Source: Squalus acanthias (lineage: Eukaryota). Taken from it: a stretch of 64,000 nt of DNA. The notes under the pieces were generated by a model. That model worked only from the letters and a program-made list of their open reading frames with translations. It was not told the origin of the DNA and ran no database searches. The translations under genes were made by a program, and so were the position numbers. Numbering within the stretch: the first letter of the stretch is position 1; each line of letters begins with the position of its first letter. The stretch spans positions 67,892,001-67,956,000 of the forward strand of contig CM059432.1 in the NCBI GenBank assembly GCA_030390025.1, given 5' to 3'. Below are positions 21,850-35,827 of the stretch, in pieces.

Positions 21850-24495
21850 TCACCACTCCTGGGTATGTCCCGTCCCATCGGCAGGACAGACCCACCAGAG
21901 ATGGCGGCACAGTGGTATACAGTTGGGAGGGAGTGGCCCTGGGAGTCCTCAACATTGACTCTGGACCCCATGAAGTCTCATGGCTTCAGGTCAAGCATGG
22001 GCAAGGAAACCTCCTGCTGATTACCACCTACCGTCCTCCCTCAGCTGATGAATCAGTACTCCTCCATGTTGAACACCACTTGAAAGAAGCACTGAGGGTA
22101 GCAAAGGCACAGAATGTACTCTGGGTGGGGGACTTCAACGTCTATCACCAAGAGTGGCTCAGTAGCACCACTACTGACCGAGCTGGCCGAGACCTGAATG
22201 ACGTGGCTGCCAGACTACTGACCTCATCCTCGCCAATCTATCTGTTGCGGATGCATCTGTCCATGACAGTATTGGTAGCGGTGACCACCGCACAGTCCTT
22301 GTGGAGACGAAATCCCATCTTCACATTGACGACACCCTCCATTGTGTTGTGCGGCACTACCACCATGCTAAATGGGATAGATTCAGAACAGATCTTGCAG
22401 CTCAAAACTGGGCATCCATGAGGTGCTGTGGGCCATCAGCAGCAGCAGAATTGTATTCCATCACAATATGTAACCTCATGGCCCAGCATATCCCTCACTC
22501 TACCATTACCATCAAGCCAGAAGAGTGATGGTTCAATGAAGAGTGCAGAGTGCAGAAGAGCATGCCAGGAGCAGCACCAGGCATACCTTAAAATGTAGTT
22601 CCAACCTGGGGAAGCTGCAACAGCAGAAGCAGCATGCTATAGACAAACCTAACCGAATCAGATCAAAGCTCTGCAATCCTTCCACATCCAGTCGTGAATG
22701 GTGGTGGACAATTAAACAACTAATAGGAGTTCAAGGCTCTATTAATATCCCCATCCTCAATGATGATGTAGCCCAGCACGCGAGTGCGAAAGACAAGGCT
22801 GAAGCATTTGCAACCATCTTTAGCCAGAAGTGCCGAGTGGATGATCCATATCGGAATCTTCCTGAGGTCCCCACCATCACAGTCTTCAGCCAATTCGATT
22901 CACTCCACGTGAAATCAAGAAACGGCTGAGCACACTGGATGCAGCAAAGGCTGCGGGCCCTGACAACATCCCAGCTGTCGTGCTGAAGACTAGTGCTCCA
23001 GAACTAGCCGCGCCTCTAGCCAAGCTCATCCAGTACAGCTACAGCACTGGCATCTACCCGACAATGTGGAAAACTGCCCAGGTATGTCCTGTCCACAAAA
23101 AGCAGGGCAAATCCATTCCGGCCAATTACCACCCCACCAATCTACTCTCAATCATCGGCAAAGTAATGGAAGGTGTCGTCGACAGTGCTACCAAGCAGCA
23201 CTTACTCACCAATAACCTGCTCACCGATGCTCAGATTGTGTTCCACCAGGACCACTTGACTCCAGACCTCATTACAGCCTTGGGCCAAATATGGACAAAA
23301 GAGTTGAATTCCAGAGGTGAGGTGAGAGTGACTGCCCTTGACATCCGGGCAGCACTTGACCGAGTGCGGCATCAAGGAGCCCTAGTAAAATTGAAGTCAA
23401 TGGGAGTCGGGGCAAAACTCTCCACTGGCTGGAGTCATACCTAGCACAAAGGAAGATGGTTGTAGTTGTTGGAGGTAAATCATCTCAGTTCCAGGACATT
23501 GCTGCAGGAGTTCCTCAGGGTAGTGTCCTAGGCCCAACCAGCTTCAGCTGATTCATCAATGATCTTCCCTCCATCATAAGGTCAGAAGTGGGAATGTTCG
23601 CTAATGATTGCACTGTGTTCAGTTCCATTCACAACTCCTCAGATATTGAAGCAGTCCATGCCCGCATGCAACAAGACCTAGACGATGTTCAGGCTTGGGC
23701 TGATAAGTGGCAGGTAACATTCACGCCACAGAAGTGCCAGGCAATGACTATCTCCAACAAGTGAGAGTCTAACCAACCACCCTTGACATTTAACGGCATT
23801 ACCATCACCGAATCCCCCGCCATCAACATCCTGGGGGGTCACCATTGACCAGAAACTTAACTGGACCAACCACATAAATACTGTGGCTACAAGAGCAAAT
23901 CAGAGGCTGGCTATTCTATGGCGAGTGTCTCACCTCCTGACTCCCCAATGCCTTTCCACCATCTACAAGGCACAAGTAAGGAGTGTGATGGAATACTCTC
24001 CACTTACCAGGATGAGCAGCTCCAACAACACTCAAGAAGCTCGACACCATCCAAGACAAAGCAGCCCGCTTGATTGGCACCCCATCCACCACCTTAAACA
24101 TTCACTCCCTCCACCTGTACCATGGCTGCAGTGTGTACCATCTACAAAATGCACTGCATCAACTCACCAAGGTTTCTTTGGCAAATCCTCCCAAACCTGC
24201 GACCTCCACCACCTAGAAGGACAAGGGCAGCAGGCGCATGGGAACACCACCACCTGCAAGTTCCCCTCCAAATTACACACCATCCTGACTTGGAATTATA
24301 TCGCCATTCGTTCATCATCGCTTGGTCAAAATCCTGGAACTCCCTCCCTAACAGCACTGTGGGAGTACCTTCACTACACGGACTGCAGCGGTTCAAGAAG
24401 GCGGCTCACCACCACCTTCTCAAGGGCAATTAGGGATGGGCAATAAATGCTAGCTTTGCCAGCGATGCCCACATCCCAGGAACCAATAAAAAAAA
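21850..24495 (+). mobile_element. CR1-group LINE (second family), endonuclease plus RT, degenerate, with 3' end
   Basis: Endonuclease (HRQDRPTRDGGTVVY, YRPPS, WVGDFN) and RT (KAAGPDNIP, ALDI..A.DRV, GVPQGSVLGP); 3' UTR ends in an A-rich tail. Confidence 0.85.
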
Positions 24496-25925
24496 CCATT
24501 ACAGGCACATCACCCAAACACATTGTACCACACTGACTGACACATTTCCCTTTCTCTGGCAGGCCAACGTGGCTCACAATAGGTGTGAGCAGCAGCAGAT
24601 AGGTGGGGGTGAAGCACGTCTGCACAATCTTACTGCGCTGGAGGAGACTGCGCTGGAGATAATTGGAGGGGCCGTTTCTGAGGCTGTGGCGAGCGGCGAG
24701 GTTGAAAGCATTGATGATGATGAAATGCTCATATATAATCCATCTTCTCACATCCCACTTCCCCCTCATCTCACAATCTCTTCTCAATTACAAGCTGCCG
24801 ATGGTGTAAGCATGTACATCTTGCTTTCCCCCCCCCTCCCCTCACCACAACCCGACCCTTGTGCCTTTTTCCTTTTAGATACCCAAGAACTGCCAGCAGC
24901 CCAGCCAGTCCACGAACAACTACAGGAGGAGAGTGATGGAGAAGAAGAGGCTCCGTCACTCAATCTGACACTCCCAGTCACCAGCTCAGAAAATGGCACT
25001 GCGCAAACTTTAGAGTGTAGGCGGGATCTGTACGTGGTGAGTCACCAAGCACGAGTGGGCTGCAGCCAGGCCAGGGGGAAAGGGTAGCTCAGGTGCTAGC
25101 TGCCCGGAAGGCGAGTCCGCACATGAGTACAGCTGCGCAGGACTCAGATGAAGACTTTGATGGGGCAGTCTTCAGAAGAAGGGTATTGGGCATGCACACA
25201 GAAATGCTTGGTGCAATGGCAGGTCTGCCAGAGAGCCCCTTGTCAGTGTCAAGGAGCATGGAGGGATCTGGCTCCAGCATTGCACGGGGCTTTGCATGTA
25301 GCTTGGAGCCCATGATTTCTAGGTTGAAGCTGATGGGCAACTCCATTTGAGCACTTGTGGACCCAGCCATGATGCTGGGTGTGATGAGCGATGTCGCAGC
25401 TTCAACTGCAGCACAAACGGAAGTGACCCAATGCCTCAGTGCTGCAGTGGAAGCTCAGACTGCCCACATGCAGGCTCAGTTTGCTGCCACACAAGCTCAG
25501 ACTGATGCCATCGTGGCTGGGTTTACGAGTGTGAAAAGCAGCTTGCAGGGTCATAAGCAGCCCAGCAATCTGTCCTCCAACAGATTACTAGGATTGCTGA
25601 GCCACCGCCCGGGGAGAGTGGCAGTGGCTCAGTGGAGCAAGAGCCTGCTGTCCTCTCTCAGAATGACAGCATTCGTACTCCCACCACTGCCACTCCGCCA
25701 GTGCCCTTGCTCTTGCCTGTCACCAGCCAGCCCAGACTGCTGCCACCCATGCCGAGGTGGTGCAGTCTACAGCCGGGCCTTCTAGGCCCAGAGCTGCTTG
25801 AAGTCATTTAGCAAGGTCATCTGCAGTCTCCCCCCACAGAAAGTCAACAGCCTTCTATCAGCCATTGGGGGAGCACTTTGTACGCGCACTAGAATAGGCA
25901 AAGGAACACGAAAGACAGACACTAA

Positions 25926-26702
25926 GGGCTGGATTTTCAATGACCCGTGGAGTTGGGTTTGGAGGCGTGTGGGGGGTTAAAGTTGCAGATTCAGGGGTCC
26001 CGACCCCATCCCGACTCCATTCCGCCTCCACGCAATTTTGACAAAATCGGTCGTGGTGTTCCCGACTCCGTCTCGCCTCCAAGAGGCGGGAGAGGCCATT
26101 AAAGCCCTTAACAAGCCCTAAATTGGCTCTGTAATGCCATTTTGAAACGTTTTAGCTAGTTTAACCCTTTTCCGACGTGAAGTACGCCTGATGTGAAACA
26201 CGCCAGTGAAACCTGATGGGAGCACAAGTGGATAGCTGACTATCAGCTGCAGGTCCACTATTACAACGGAGATGTGATGAAGGTAGTAGTAGTATTGTGA
26301 TAAAGGTAGTAGTAGTATTAGGTCTGAAAGTCGCCTCTGATGCTGCTGCATTGAATGTCTTCAGAGACTGCCTGGGAGGACTTGGTTGCAAAAAATTCTC
26401 TCTCTCTCTCTCTCTCTCTCTCCTCTCTCTCTCAGATGCTGCTCATTTTGCATCCAGTTCCTCTCACAGCAAAGGCCAGGCAATCTCTGAGACCAGGCAG
26501 TCTCTGACCTGCAATGATGACATGATCAGAGGCAACTTTCAGACTGAAACCACTAATTGGTTCATGGGTTCCCACATGCTGGAACTCAATTGCCCAATTA
26601 AGTGAAAATTGCATCAATCTCCCACATCCAATTGCAGGCAGGTGGATAACACGAAATGCGGATGACATGAACCCAACCCGCCCCAGTATCAAAATCCAGC
26701 CC
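25926..26702. mobile_element. Non-autonomous Harbinger-type MITE nested in the preceding Harbinger
   Basis: Perfect 12-bp TIR GGGCTGGATTTT / AAAATCCAGCCC; the host element resumes after it. Confidence 0.7.
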
Positions 26703-27225
26703 ACAGAGAATGCACACGGGTGATTAGTTGACTTTGTTATATGGTATTGGATTAAATCATTCATAAATTATGTTTGGAATGTTTGTTTTGTGATGGCTTT
26801 CATTTCAGCTTTGTGCCCAAGAGGAGGCTGTGATGTTCCATGACAGAGGGATGGTAATGTGGGGAAGTGTTGAGCAATGGGGATCTGGGGTTTCATTCAT
26901 TGGAACCAGAGTCTGATGAGGCACTCATGGACAGCCTGTTCGGAATGAGGATTTGCTGCCTGCCTCCTCCCTTCCTCCTCCTCCTTCTCCTCCTCCTTCT
27001 CTGGGAGATGTTAGCTATGTTTCCTACTCCAGACTGGAAGGATCGAATGGCGAAAAGATTCAGGGCCATGGTCACCTTGAGAGCCACTGGCAGCACCGTC
27101 GCCGCCCTGCTCTGATGCTTCAGGTCTGGTTCCAGGAGGTGGCAGAGTTCTGTGACCACCTCCTTGGTGAAGCGGAGCCTCCAAATACACTGATCCTGGC
27201 TTAAGTGCAGCCACCAGCAGGAGGG

Positions 27226-27518
27226 TTGGTAACCAGAGGACACAGGTTTAAGGTAATTGGGTAAAGAAGCAGAGGGGAGGTAAGGAGAATTTTTTTACGT
27301 AATGAGTTGTTATGATCTGGAATTCACTGCCTGAAAGGGAAATGGAAGCGGATTCAATAGTAACTTTCAAAAGGGAGTTGGATAAATACTTGAAGGGGAA
27401 AAATTTGCAGTGCTATGAGGAAAGGGCAGGGGGTGGGACTAATTGGACAGCTCTTTCAAAAAGCCAGCACAGGCACGATGGGCCGAATAGCCTCCTTCTG
27501 TGCTGTATGATTCTATCT
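27226..27518 (+). mobile_element. CR1 3' fragment
   Basis: IWNSLPER..EADSI.TFKRELDKYL, 3' UTR and TATGATTCTAT tail. Confidence 0.8.
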
Positions 27519-28984
27519 TTTATTTTGTTATTAAAAACTTTCCATTTATATTCTACGTTGGTTTAATCACCGGTGAGCAGCGTTAACCAATTTACTTGTT
27601 CCAAATCTTTTGCCATTTTAGAAAAGTTTGTTCTTCTGTAATTAATTGTAGATTTACACTAGGGGATATATTTCCCCCTGGTAGTGATTATAAGAAAGTA
27701 TCTCATCAAGAGCTTCAGCTGATATTAACTGTGGGAAGAAAGTTCAAGAAATTTATATATAGCAGCTGAAATAATTTCTGGATATTTAATACTACTTCAT
27801 TTTGTTTTAATTTGATATGTGTGAGAGGGGGAGGGGATGTTTATTCTCTTTTATGTCAGTTTCCATGCTAATCGTGGCTGTCAGTGTTAATGCTAACTGT
27901 CAGTGCAACTGACATCAATGATGCACAATGACATTCACTCAAAAGGATGAGTAATTAAGATCTTATTACAATAGGTTTAAAAAGAAATAACCTGATGTTG
28001 ATCACTAAAAAATATATGTCTGGATTTTATGAATGTCTGTCTGGTGGAGAACTTCACACGCTGGAGCACACGTTGGGAAGTTGGGCACAGAGGTCAGGAT
28101 AACTCACAGTATTTTCCATATAATGCAAAATAGATTTGACAGAAAATCCTGCTGGGTGCATTGACCTCCATGCCTGAATTCCCAATATGTCCTATTACAG
28201 GAAGCTCAGCAGCAGGACCACAAAATGGAAAAATATGTATGTAAAATGTTCAGGAAGTATTTCAGAATTAACTAGTTTCTACGTTAATTCTGCTGTCATT
28301 CTTGTTGTCACTCATATTTCTTGGTTGTCTGCACATAATAGCCACAAATAGAAACCAAGGGACCAATTTTCTTCTGCATTGCATGCTGACTATTCCTATT
28401 TCCTGGGCACAAGGCAGAGGAAAATGGAGCTGATAACCATTACACCAGGGGTGGATCTTTCTACTTCAGCAGGGGCATAAAATGGGCAATATTGGATCAG
28501 CCGCCATTTAATACACCCAGCACAATTTTTGTTTTCATTGAAGTTAGTGGAAAGGAAATTCAGGCAGGGAGTATAGCAGGAGACCGATCTGATATCGCCC
28601 ATTTTACGCCCCAGCAAAATTAAATGTTCTAGCACAGGTATCCCGCTCCCTTGCACTGCATTTCTGGATATCCCCTGAGTGTGAATTTACATCCAATGAT
28701 CCCTTGAGAGGAATTTCCCAGATTTTTCCCCCAAAATTGGCCTGGGTTTTTATCTGGTTTGTTGCCTCTCCCAGGAGATCTCATGGTTTCAGGTGGGGTG
28801 GAGTGTATATGTTGCAATACACAAGGTATTGCAATTGTGTGGGACAGGCTTGGTGGACCAGAGGGTCTTCAACTGTCTGTCATTGTTCGTATGTTCATAT
28901 AATAAGAACATACCTTCTCATTTCCCTAGATCTCTGCTTGATGGAGATTCAGATGTTATAGCACCCACTGAAAGTATAGAAGCA

Positions 28985-29115
28985 TAGAAGATAGGAGCAG
29001 GAATAGGCCATTCGGCCCCTCGAGCCTGCTCCGCCATTTAATGAGATCATGGCTAATCATCCAAATTCAGTACCCTGTCCCTGCTTTCTCTCCATATCCC
29101 TTGATCCCTTTAGCC
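28985..29115 (-). mobile_element. CR1 3' UTR fragment
   Basis: GGAGCAGGAATAGGCCATTCGGCCCCTCGAGCCTGCTCCGCCATT, as in the other CR1 3' ends. Confidence 0.7.
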
Positions 29116-29482
29116 TTAATAGAAGCACAAGTAAATTCTTGGAGATTGAGGATCTGAGAAGGCTTTTTTTTAGAGCTTGCAATGAGGATCATTGGGGTTG
29201 GAGGCATTCTGGCTGCTGTTTTTGAACAGTAGCCAGAAGGCCCCAAGGCCAGTAGCCATTTCAAGGGACTTTCCTGCAGCAACTCATATAGGAGCTGATC
29301 AACCAAACCCAGATATACAGGTGGGTTCAGGTCTGTTCAGGTGGATTGCATTTAGTCTGACTTGAGTTCAGGTGGAGAGAGGAAGAAAATCGGCTCCATT
29401 ACTTTATGAAAAGTTATATATAATGAACGATATAGAATAATAAGTCATTATTAACTTTTATTAAATTTATTAACATTCTTCG

Positions 29483-29797
29483 GTATGTGGGCATCGCTGG
29501 CAAGACTATCATTTAATGCCCATTATGATGAAAGTTGCCTTAATGTCAAGGGCAGCAACTCTCACCTCACCTCTGAAATTCTGCTCTTGTGTCCATGGTT
29601 GGACAAAGGCTGTAATGAGGTCTGGAGCCAAATGGACCTGGCGGAACCCAAACTGAGCATCATTGATCAGGTTATTGATGAGTAAGTGCCGCTTTACAGC
29701 ACAGTTCAAACTCTTCAACTGCCAGGGAGGGTTTTGATTTGGATTATTAACCCAGGCCTCCGGATTACTAATCCAGTAAAATAACCACTATGCTACC
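29483..29797 (-). mobile_element. Collapsed remnant of the second LINE family (tRNA-like head, RT piece, 3' end)
   Basis: Minus translation LINDAQFGFRQ.HLAPDLITA...GEVRVAALDIKA; head GGTAGCATAGTGG ends at 29797. Confidence 0.6.
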
Positions 29798-29812
29798 ATA
29801 TCCAATTCAAGA

Positions 29813-32800
29813 GGGGAGAAATTGGGCTCTGTGGCGCCCGTTTTTTAGGCGCTATGCAGCCGCCTAACGGTAGAAAATGGTGTCCGAAATGCGCGCGCAC
29901 ATGTTCGACGGGAAGTATGCCGGACTCCATCTTGTTAAAGAGGTTTGCGCGTGTGCACTGGCAGAGCTGGCAGATTATGATGTCAATCAGAGTGCACCAT
30001 TGATTTGAAGCCAGCGCTGTCATTTTCGAACGTTGTGCTCCAGCCTACTTCCCTGTTTTAACAGCGCACAGCTGAACACAGCATTAAATGGAATGAAGGA
30101 CCTCACACCAGCGCTATTTAAAGGGATCATAAACTACTTACAGATTAGTTGCTGGATTATGTCGTCTGGCTGCTGGTGCAATTGTATGCGTTTTTGAAGT
30201 TTTCCTATATTGGCTAAAGTTTCAATAGTCTACAGGGAGTGGTCTGGCTGGTGCTGAAGTACTTTTTTGTTGATTTAAAAGCTTGTGCTGAAGCAAGTTG
30301 CTTCCAAACATGGGTGGCCTTGTAGTCTGGTGTGCGACCACAGGCAGCATATCATACAGGTCAATGCCCATTATCCTGGCAATAGTTATGATTCCTTCAT
30401 TTTGCGGCAGTTCTCTGTGCCACCTGTAATTGACTGATCACAGCAAGTCAAAGGCTGTCAACTGGGTGACAAGGAACCCATGCACACGTGCACAGCAGGC
30501 CTACAATGAGAGCCGTGCCCCCGCAAGGAACATTATAGAGCACACCATCAAGCAACGCTTCCGCTGCCTGGACTGCTCTGGAGGAGCCCTGGAGTAGACA
30601 GCTGAACGGGTATCATGTTTTGTGGTAGCATGCTGCATGCGCATAACGTCGTCATTATGAGGGAACAGCCGTTGCCACCACCTATCAGGTGAGAAGCTGA
30701 GGAGCAGGAGGAAGACGAGGAGGAGGAGGAGGAAGAAGAGGAGGAGGAAGTACAACAGGAAGTGAAGGAACAGGAAGAGGAAGGGAGGCTACAACACAGA
30801 CAGCCACTTTCTGCCCTGGCTCTACGTGAACAAATAATTCATGAGCGATATCAGTAACCTCAACCACACCTCCCCATTCACCAACAGTCCCACACTCCTT
30901 ACCTTTCCTCTGTCACTGACCATCACATCAACCTCTTTCTGACAACGCAAAATTTAAAACCACCAGAAAATGCGCATTCCAATCCAAATTTATAAATTCC
31001 ATCATGAAATAATGCATACAAAAATAAACTAAGCACGCTTGTGCATTCCCTTAGTGCCTGTCTTCCGTGTGCCTTTGTCCATCCTAGTGTTCCTGTGAGG
31101 TGCTTCCCCAGTAACTGCAGCATGGGTGGTGGAAGGCTGCTGACCTCCAATTGAAGAGACTGCAGATGGCCTTGGAGGGCAACCTAGAAGGTCCAGCCTC
31201 AGACTGCACCATCTCAGCCTGGGCTGCAGCATTCTGGGCTGGCTGGTTGACAGGCAACAGCAAGGGGACTGTTGGAATGGCAGGGGTGGGAGCAGGAATG
31301 CTGTCATCCTGAGAGAGGACAGGAGATTCGTGCTCCATGGAGCCACTGTCTCTCTCCCAGGGCGGCGCCTCAGCAATCTTACTGATCGGTTAGAGAACAG
31401 ATTGATGGACTGCTGTGACACCCTGGAAGTCATGATGGCAGCAGTTTGAGCTTGCAAGGCAGCAGACTGAGCTTCCACTGCAGCACTCAGACCTTTGGTG
31501 GAAGCTGTTTGTGCAGCAATGATAGTGGTGACATCGGCCATCAGACACTGCATCTTGATAGGTTCCACAGGTGTGCTGATGGAGGTGACCACCCATTCCA
31601 TGTTGGAAAGGATGGGCTCCAAGGTCTGCGCAAAGCCCTGTGCAAAGTTGGTGCTGGACTCCTCCATGCTCCTTGACATTGTGCACAGGCTTTCTGGCAG
31701 GCTTTCCAGTGCACCAAGCATTTGGGTGTGCACACCCATCAGCCTTCTTCTGTAGCCTGGCCCATCGAAGTCCTCATCTGACTCCTCTGCAGCAAAACTA
31801 GTGTGTGACCTCACCCTCCGGCGAGCTGGCACCAGCGCTATCCTTTCCCCCCACCCTGGCTCCTGCACACTTGTGCCCGGTGTCTCACCGCATGCAGATC
31901 ACTCCTCTATCCTAGCCTCTAAAATATGTGCAGTGTCTGAGCCTGTGGCTGCGAGTGTAAGATCAAGTGACAGTGTCTTCTTCACTGTCTTCTTCATCTT
32001 CCTCCTCTGACTATGAAGGTTCCAGTCCTTGGGTGTCTGAAATGAAAAAGGGACAGTGGTTGGGTTGTGGTGAGGGGAGAGGAGAAAGTAAGAAGTGGGT
32101 GCTTACACCATCTGCAGCTTCTAAGTCAGAAGAGATTGTGGGATGAGGCAGAAGTGGAATGAGAGGAGGAGGATTTCTTATGCAGATACCCTCAACACTC
32201 TATCGTTTCAGCCCCGCCAGTATCACAGCCTCTGTGATGCCCCTCCCATGATGGCCACACTGTCTCCTCCATGGGGGTTAAAACATGCAGGTGCACTTGT
32301 CCTCCTCCAGTTCTTTGCTGCTGCCTGCTGTTATGCGCCATCTTCTCCTGCAAGAAAGAGGGAAGTGTGTCAGTGAGTGTCCTGCAATACATTTGGGTGA
32401 TGTGGCTGATGGTTGAATAGCTGCCAGTGTGTGTGAGTTGTGAGTTGTGGGTGTGAGGCTTGCAACAATGTTAAGTGTGTGAGGGTGAGGTAAAACATAT
32501 GAATTTTAGATTTGAGTGCTGATTGATAGAGATTGTTGGTAGGTGGGTGATGGGGATGTAGTGAATTGAGCAGTGGATGAGGCTAATGGTGCAGTTGGTA
32601 GAATATGCCATTTGAAGATGAACTCACTCACCTTGACAACTCGTGTGAGATTGTTAAACTTCTTCCTGCACTGCATCCATGTTCTTGGAGCTACACTCCT
32701 GGCATTGACTTCCACCGCTACTTGTTCTCACTGCCTCCTGAGCATGTGTCTGGAGGGCCTCCTGCTCCCCCCACCCCCACCCCACCCTTTTGGATACAGG

Positions 32801-33242
32801 GCGTCTCTCCTTCTTTCTACCTCTTCCACCAAGACCTCCAGTGCATTGTCTAAATACCCTGGTGCTCGCTCTCTCGCATGTTCAGCCATTGCTCAAAGTA
32901 TCACAGCCTCCCAAAAACTCCCACCATTTCTTGCAGCCACAATGTACCTCCCCTTTAAGAGGTGCAGGCTGCCTTTAAGTAGCGCTAGCCACTCGTGATA
33001 TCGGGCCCCCTGCTGATGAGCACAGCCGATGGACAAAAATAACCTATAAAGTGCTAAAATTCAGATCCCTTCATTTGTTACATCAATCAAACAGCGTGGG
33101 GAGCGCAGGCTGCACGCAGCAATCATTTAAAAGAGCAGGCAGCACCAATTTAATGTGCTGCCTGCAACACAATGCACGGACATGGGTTAATCGCGTACCG
33201 CAATCCCCATGCCCATTTTCAGGGGTTCGCCAATTTCTCCCC
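29813..33242 (-). mobile_element. PIF/Harbinger element, internally deleted (Myb-like gene on -, transposase remnant on +)
   Basis: Perfect 13-bp TIR GGGGAGAAATTGG / CCAATTTCTCCCC. RTWMQCRKKFNNL Myb exon at ~32630-32880. Transposase C-terminal remnant EHTIKQRFRCLDCSGGALE plus acidic tail at ~30500-30800. Confidence 0.8.
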
Positions 33243-35827
33243 CAAAGATTTTAAATAATGTTACATTTTGTGATGAATATCTGATTACTGCTTTGAAATC
33301 ACTCCAGGGTAATTTTTAACTAAAAAATGTATATTAAATTCTATGGTTTGATACAGTTTTGCATCCATTTTACCACTGGCACAGTTCTGAATAAAGATAC
33401 AAGCACAGCTTTGTTGACCAATGATGATGTTCATATTAATGATTGGAATATAATTACTGCAAGATTATAAGGGAAAATAATTTATAGTTTGATTTCCAGG
33501 AAACTAAACCTTATTGCAAAAATGGATAAGAGCAAAATGCAACCGGTACTTCTACAGAGAGCTATCAGCATTCAGACAAAAATTAACTTCTTACAAGAAA
33601 GCCCCTATTCATCACCACTAATAATCATAATCACTAGTAAATAAGCACAAGAAAGAAAATAAATTCATCACCTGAACAGAGCTAAACTGGACAAAAATAA
33701 CCTATAAAGTGCTAAAATTCAGATCCCTTCATTTGTTACATCAATCAAAATTACAACGTTCCATGTTCTCTTAAAGAAAAGACACATTTTCATTTAATGG
33801 AAATTTTTGGGCATTCATTTAAGGATTCACACAAGAATAACCTTTAAAGCTCACTATTCAATAGCATTGATAGCAAGCAAGGTTGGAAAACAAGGACTAT
33901 TCTCTTTTCAAGGTAACAGTTTAACGATGTAGACCAATGAAAATCAATGAAATGTAACCATGGATACATCGACTGAATACATATTTTCAATTTCTTATTC
34001 AACACTTACTTCTTAGTATATGATATAAAAGGAAGGTAAATAGCAGGAACATCGAACTTTCAGCTAGGAGAAGTTTGAATCACTGGCATTCTCGAGGGCA
34101 AGTTGCCCTGCTTTATTTCATTGTATAATATAATTGTACTTGATATAATAGTAAAAGCAATAGCTGAGTAACAGTACAGATGTCAGCTTTTAAATGAGGA
34201 TATTTAAAGGCTACATGGCAAGAGTTCTAAGGAGAATTAAGTGGAAAACAGAGACACATTCTTCCAATGGTCTAAGTCATATAGAGAGGGTCCCAGGTTG
34301 GATTTTCAGATTCTCAGTTAGTTTATCACAGCTATGGCAGCACTCAGGATATATCAACTGATTTCAGTGCCTCTGATCAGGGAGGAGAAAAATCAGCCAG
34401 GTTTCTCACTCCTGATCATTACCTAGTAATCCCTATTATTGATGTGAATGTGGATGTTGGATAAGAACAGGATTGGGCTTGGCTTGGACAATCTCCATAG
34501 TAGAATCATTTGTTAATACTCAGGCCAGAATTTTGCACTCTGACAAAATCCCAGCACATCTGAAAGAGGATGGGAGTTCCCTGACCCATGCCAATTTTCC
34601 AGGATGAGACTGTCTGAGGTGGGCTCACCAGCCTCCACCGAGGAGTCGGTCTGGAGTGGGGGGGGAGGGGGGCGGAATGGAGAATGGCTGGCGCAAACCT
34701 CATAAGAGGGGGAGAATTAAAAGAAATTCTCAAATCGATTCAACTCCCACCTCTGTTGTCCATAGAAATGCTTAATATTGGAATACACTGGCATTCTTTA
34801 TGCCCATTAGGGTATGGGATCTGTTTATGGGAGCAAATGACACAATGGAACCCAAGAAGGTATCTACAGCAGATCCAAATTTGTAATTATAGGTGGCAAC
34901 AATCTGGGATACCGAGCAACACTGGTGACAAAGGCGATACAAACCGTTTGAAATTTAAAACTAAAGTGGATTAAATCCAAATCAAAAAAGTTGAGTTAGC
35001 TGAAAGTGGCTGAAGAGAGAGCAAAGTAGAAAGAGTTTCAGCTAGAAAAATGTGAGTTTTATTTAGAGTATGAGGGGCGCAGACAGGAAGAAGATCACCG
35101 CAAATGGAAAGAAGAGCGAGAATGAGAACAATGCAGTTTGAAAGAGAGAAACTATACAAATTTGAGACCAGCAACAAGGAGAAACAGTATGGAGAGAAAC
35201 AGCATCAGCATGAGTCTGATAAAAAAATAAGTGACTATGCCAGTATGAAGCCAACAATAAGGTAAAAGAGCATTACCATGCCCTTGAACTAGTAGAAAAA
35301 AATACACATCTGCAAGTGTGGTAAGTGGGGCTGCACAATTTGGAGCCCACTATTTTATTAAATCAATCTTACTGTCAATTTTGAAGAGGGAGATGATATT
35401 GATAGTTTATCATGGCACTGAACTCAAGCCGTTATCTATGGCAACCTACTTCACCCACTTGTGCAACCCTAAGAATTGGTTCTTTGCAAACTGCATCTAA
35501 GCTCTCTGAACTTAAGTAAGTAGGTTGCATTCCTATTGGTAAATATCTGGTAAAAATCTGGCAAACAGAAATAGTGTGTGAAGTTGTCAGCAGTTTGGAA
35601 ACTCTTAAGCATGGTGATTGGTTTCTGTGCATGTCAGACACTTAGATGACAAAAACTAGTTAAGAGAACTATAGAAAGGCAAATTGCAGATAGTTATGTA
35701 GAATTTACAGCACAAAAACAGACCCAACTGGTCTATGCTGGTGTTTATGCTCCACATGAGCCTCCTCCCACCCTACTGACATTTGAATCTCTTCCTGATA
35801 TCTGCTTTAAATTCATTTTTCATTAAT

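Larger units (their letters stand above)
20695..27225 (+). mobile_element. Degenerate PIF/Harbinger element (spliced Myb/SANT-like gene on +, deleted transposase on -) carrying a nested LINE and a MITE
   Basis: Start GGGGTGAAATTGG is homologous to the TIR of 29813-33242. Myb-like RTWIQCRKKFNGL exon ends AAG|GTGAGT at 21230. Transposase remnant LRFTKEVVTELC...VALKVTMALNLFA..SFQ at 26893-27243. Confidence 0.7.
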
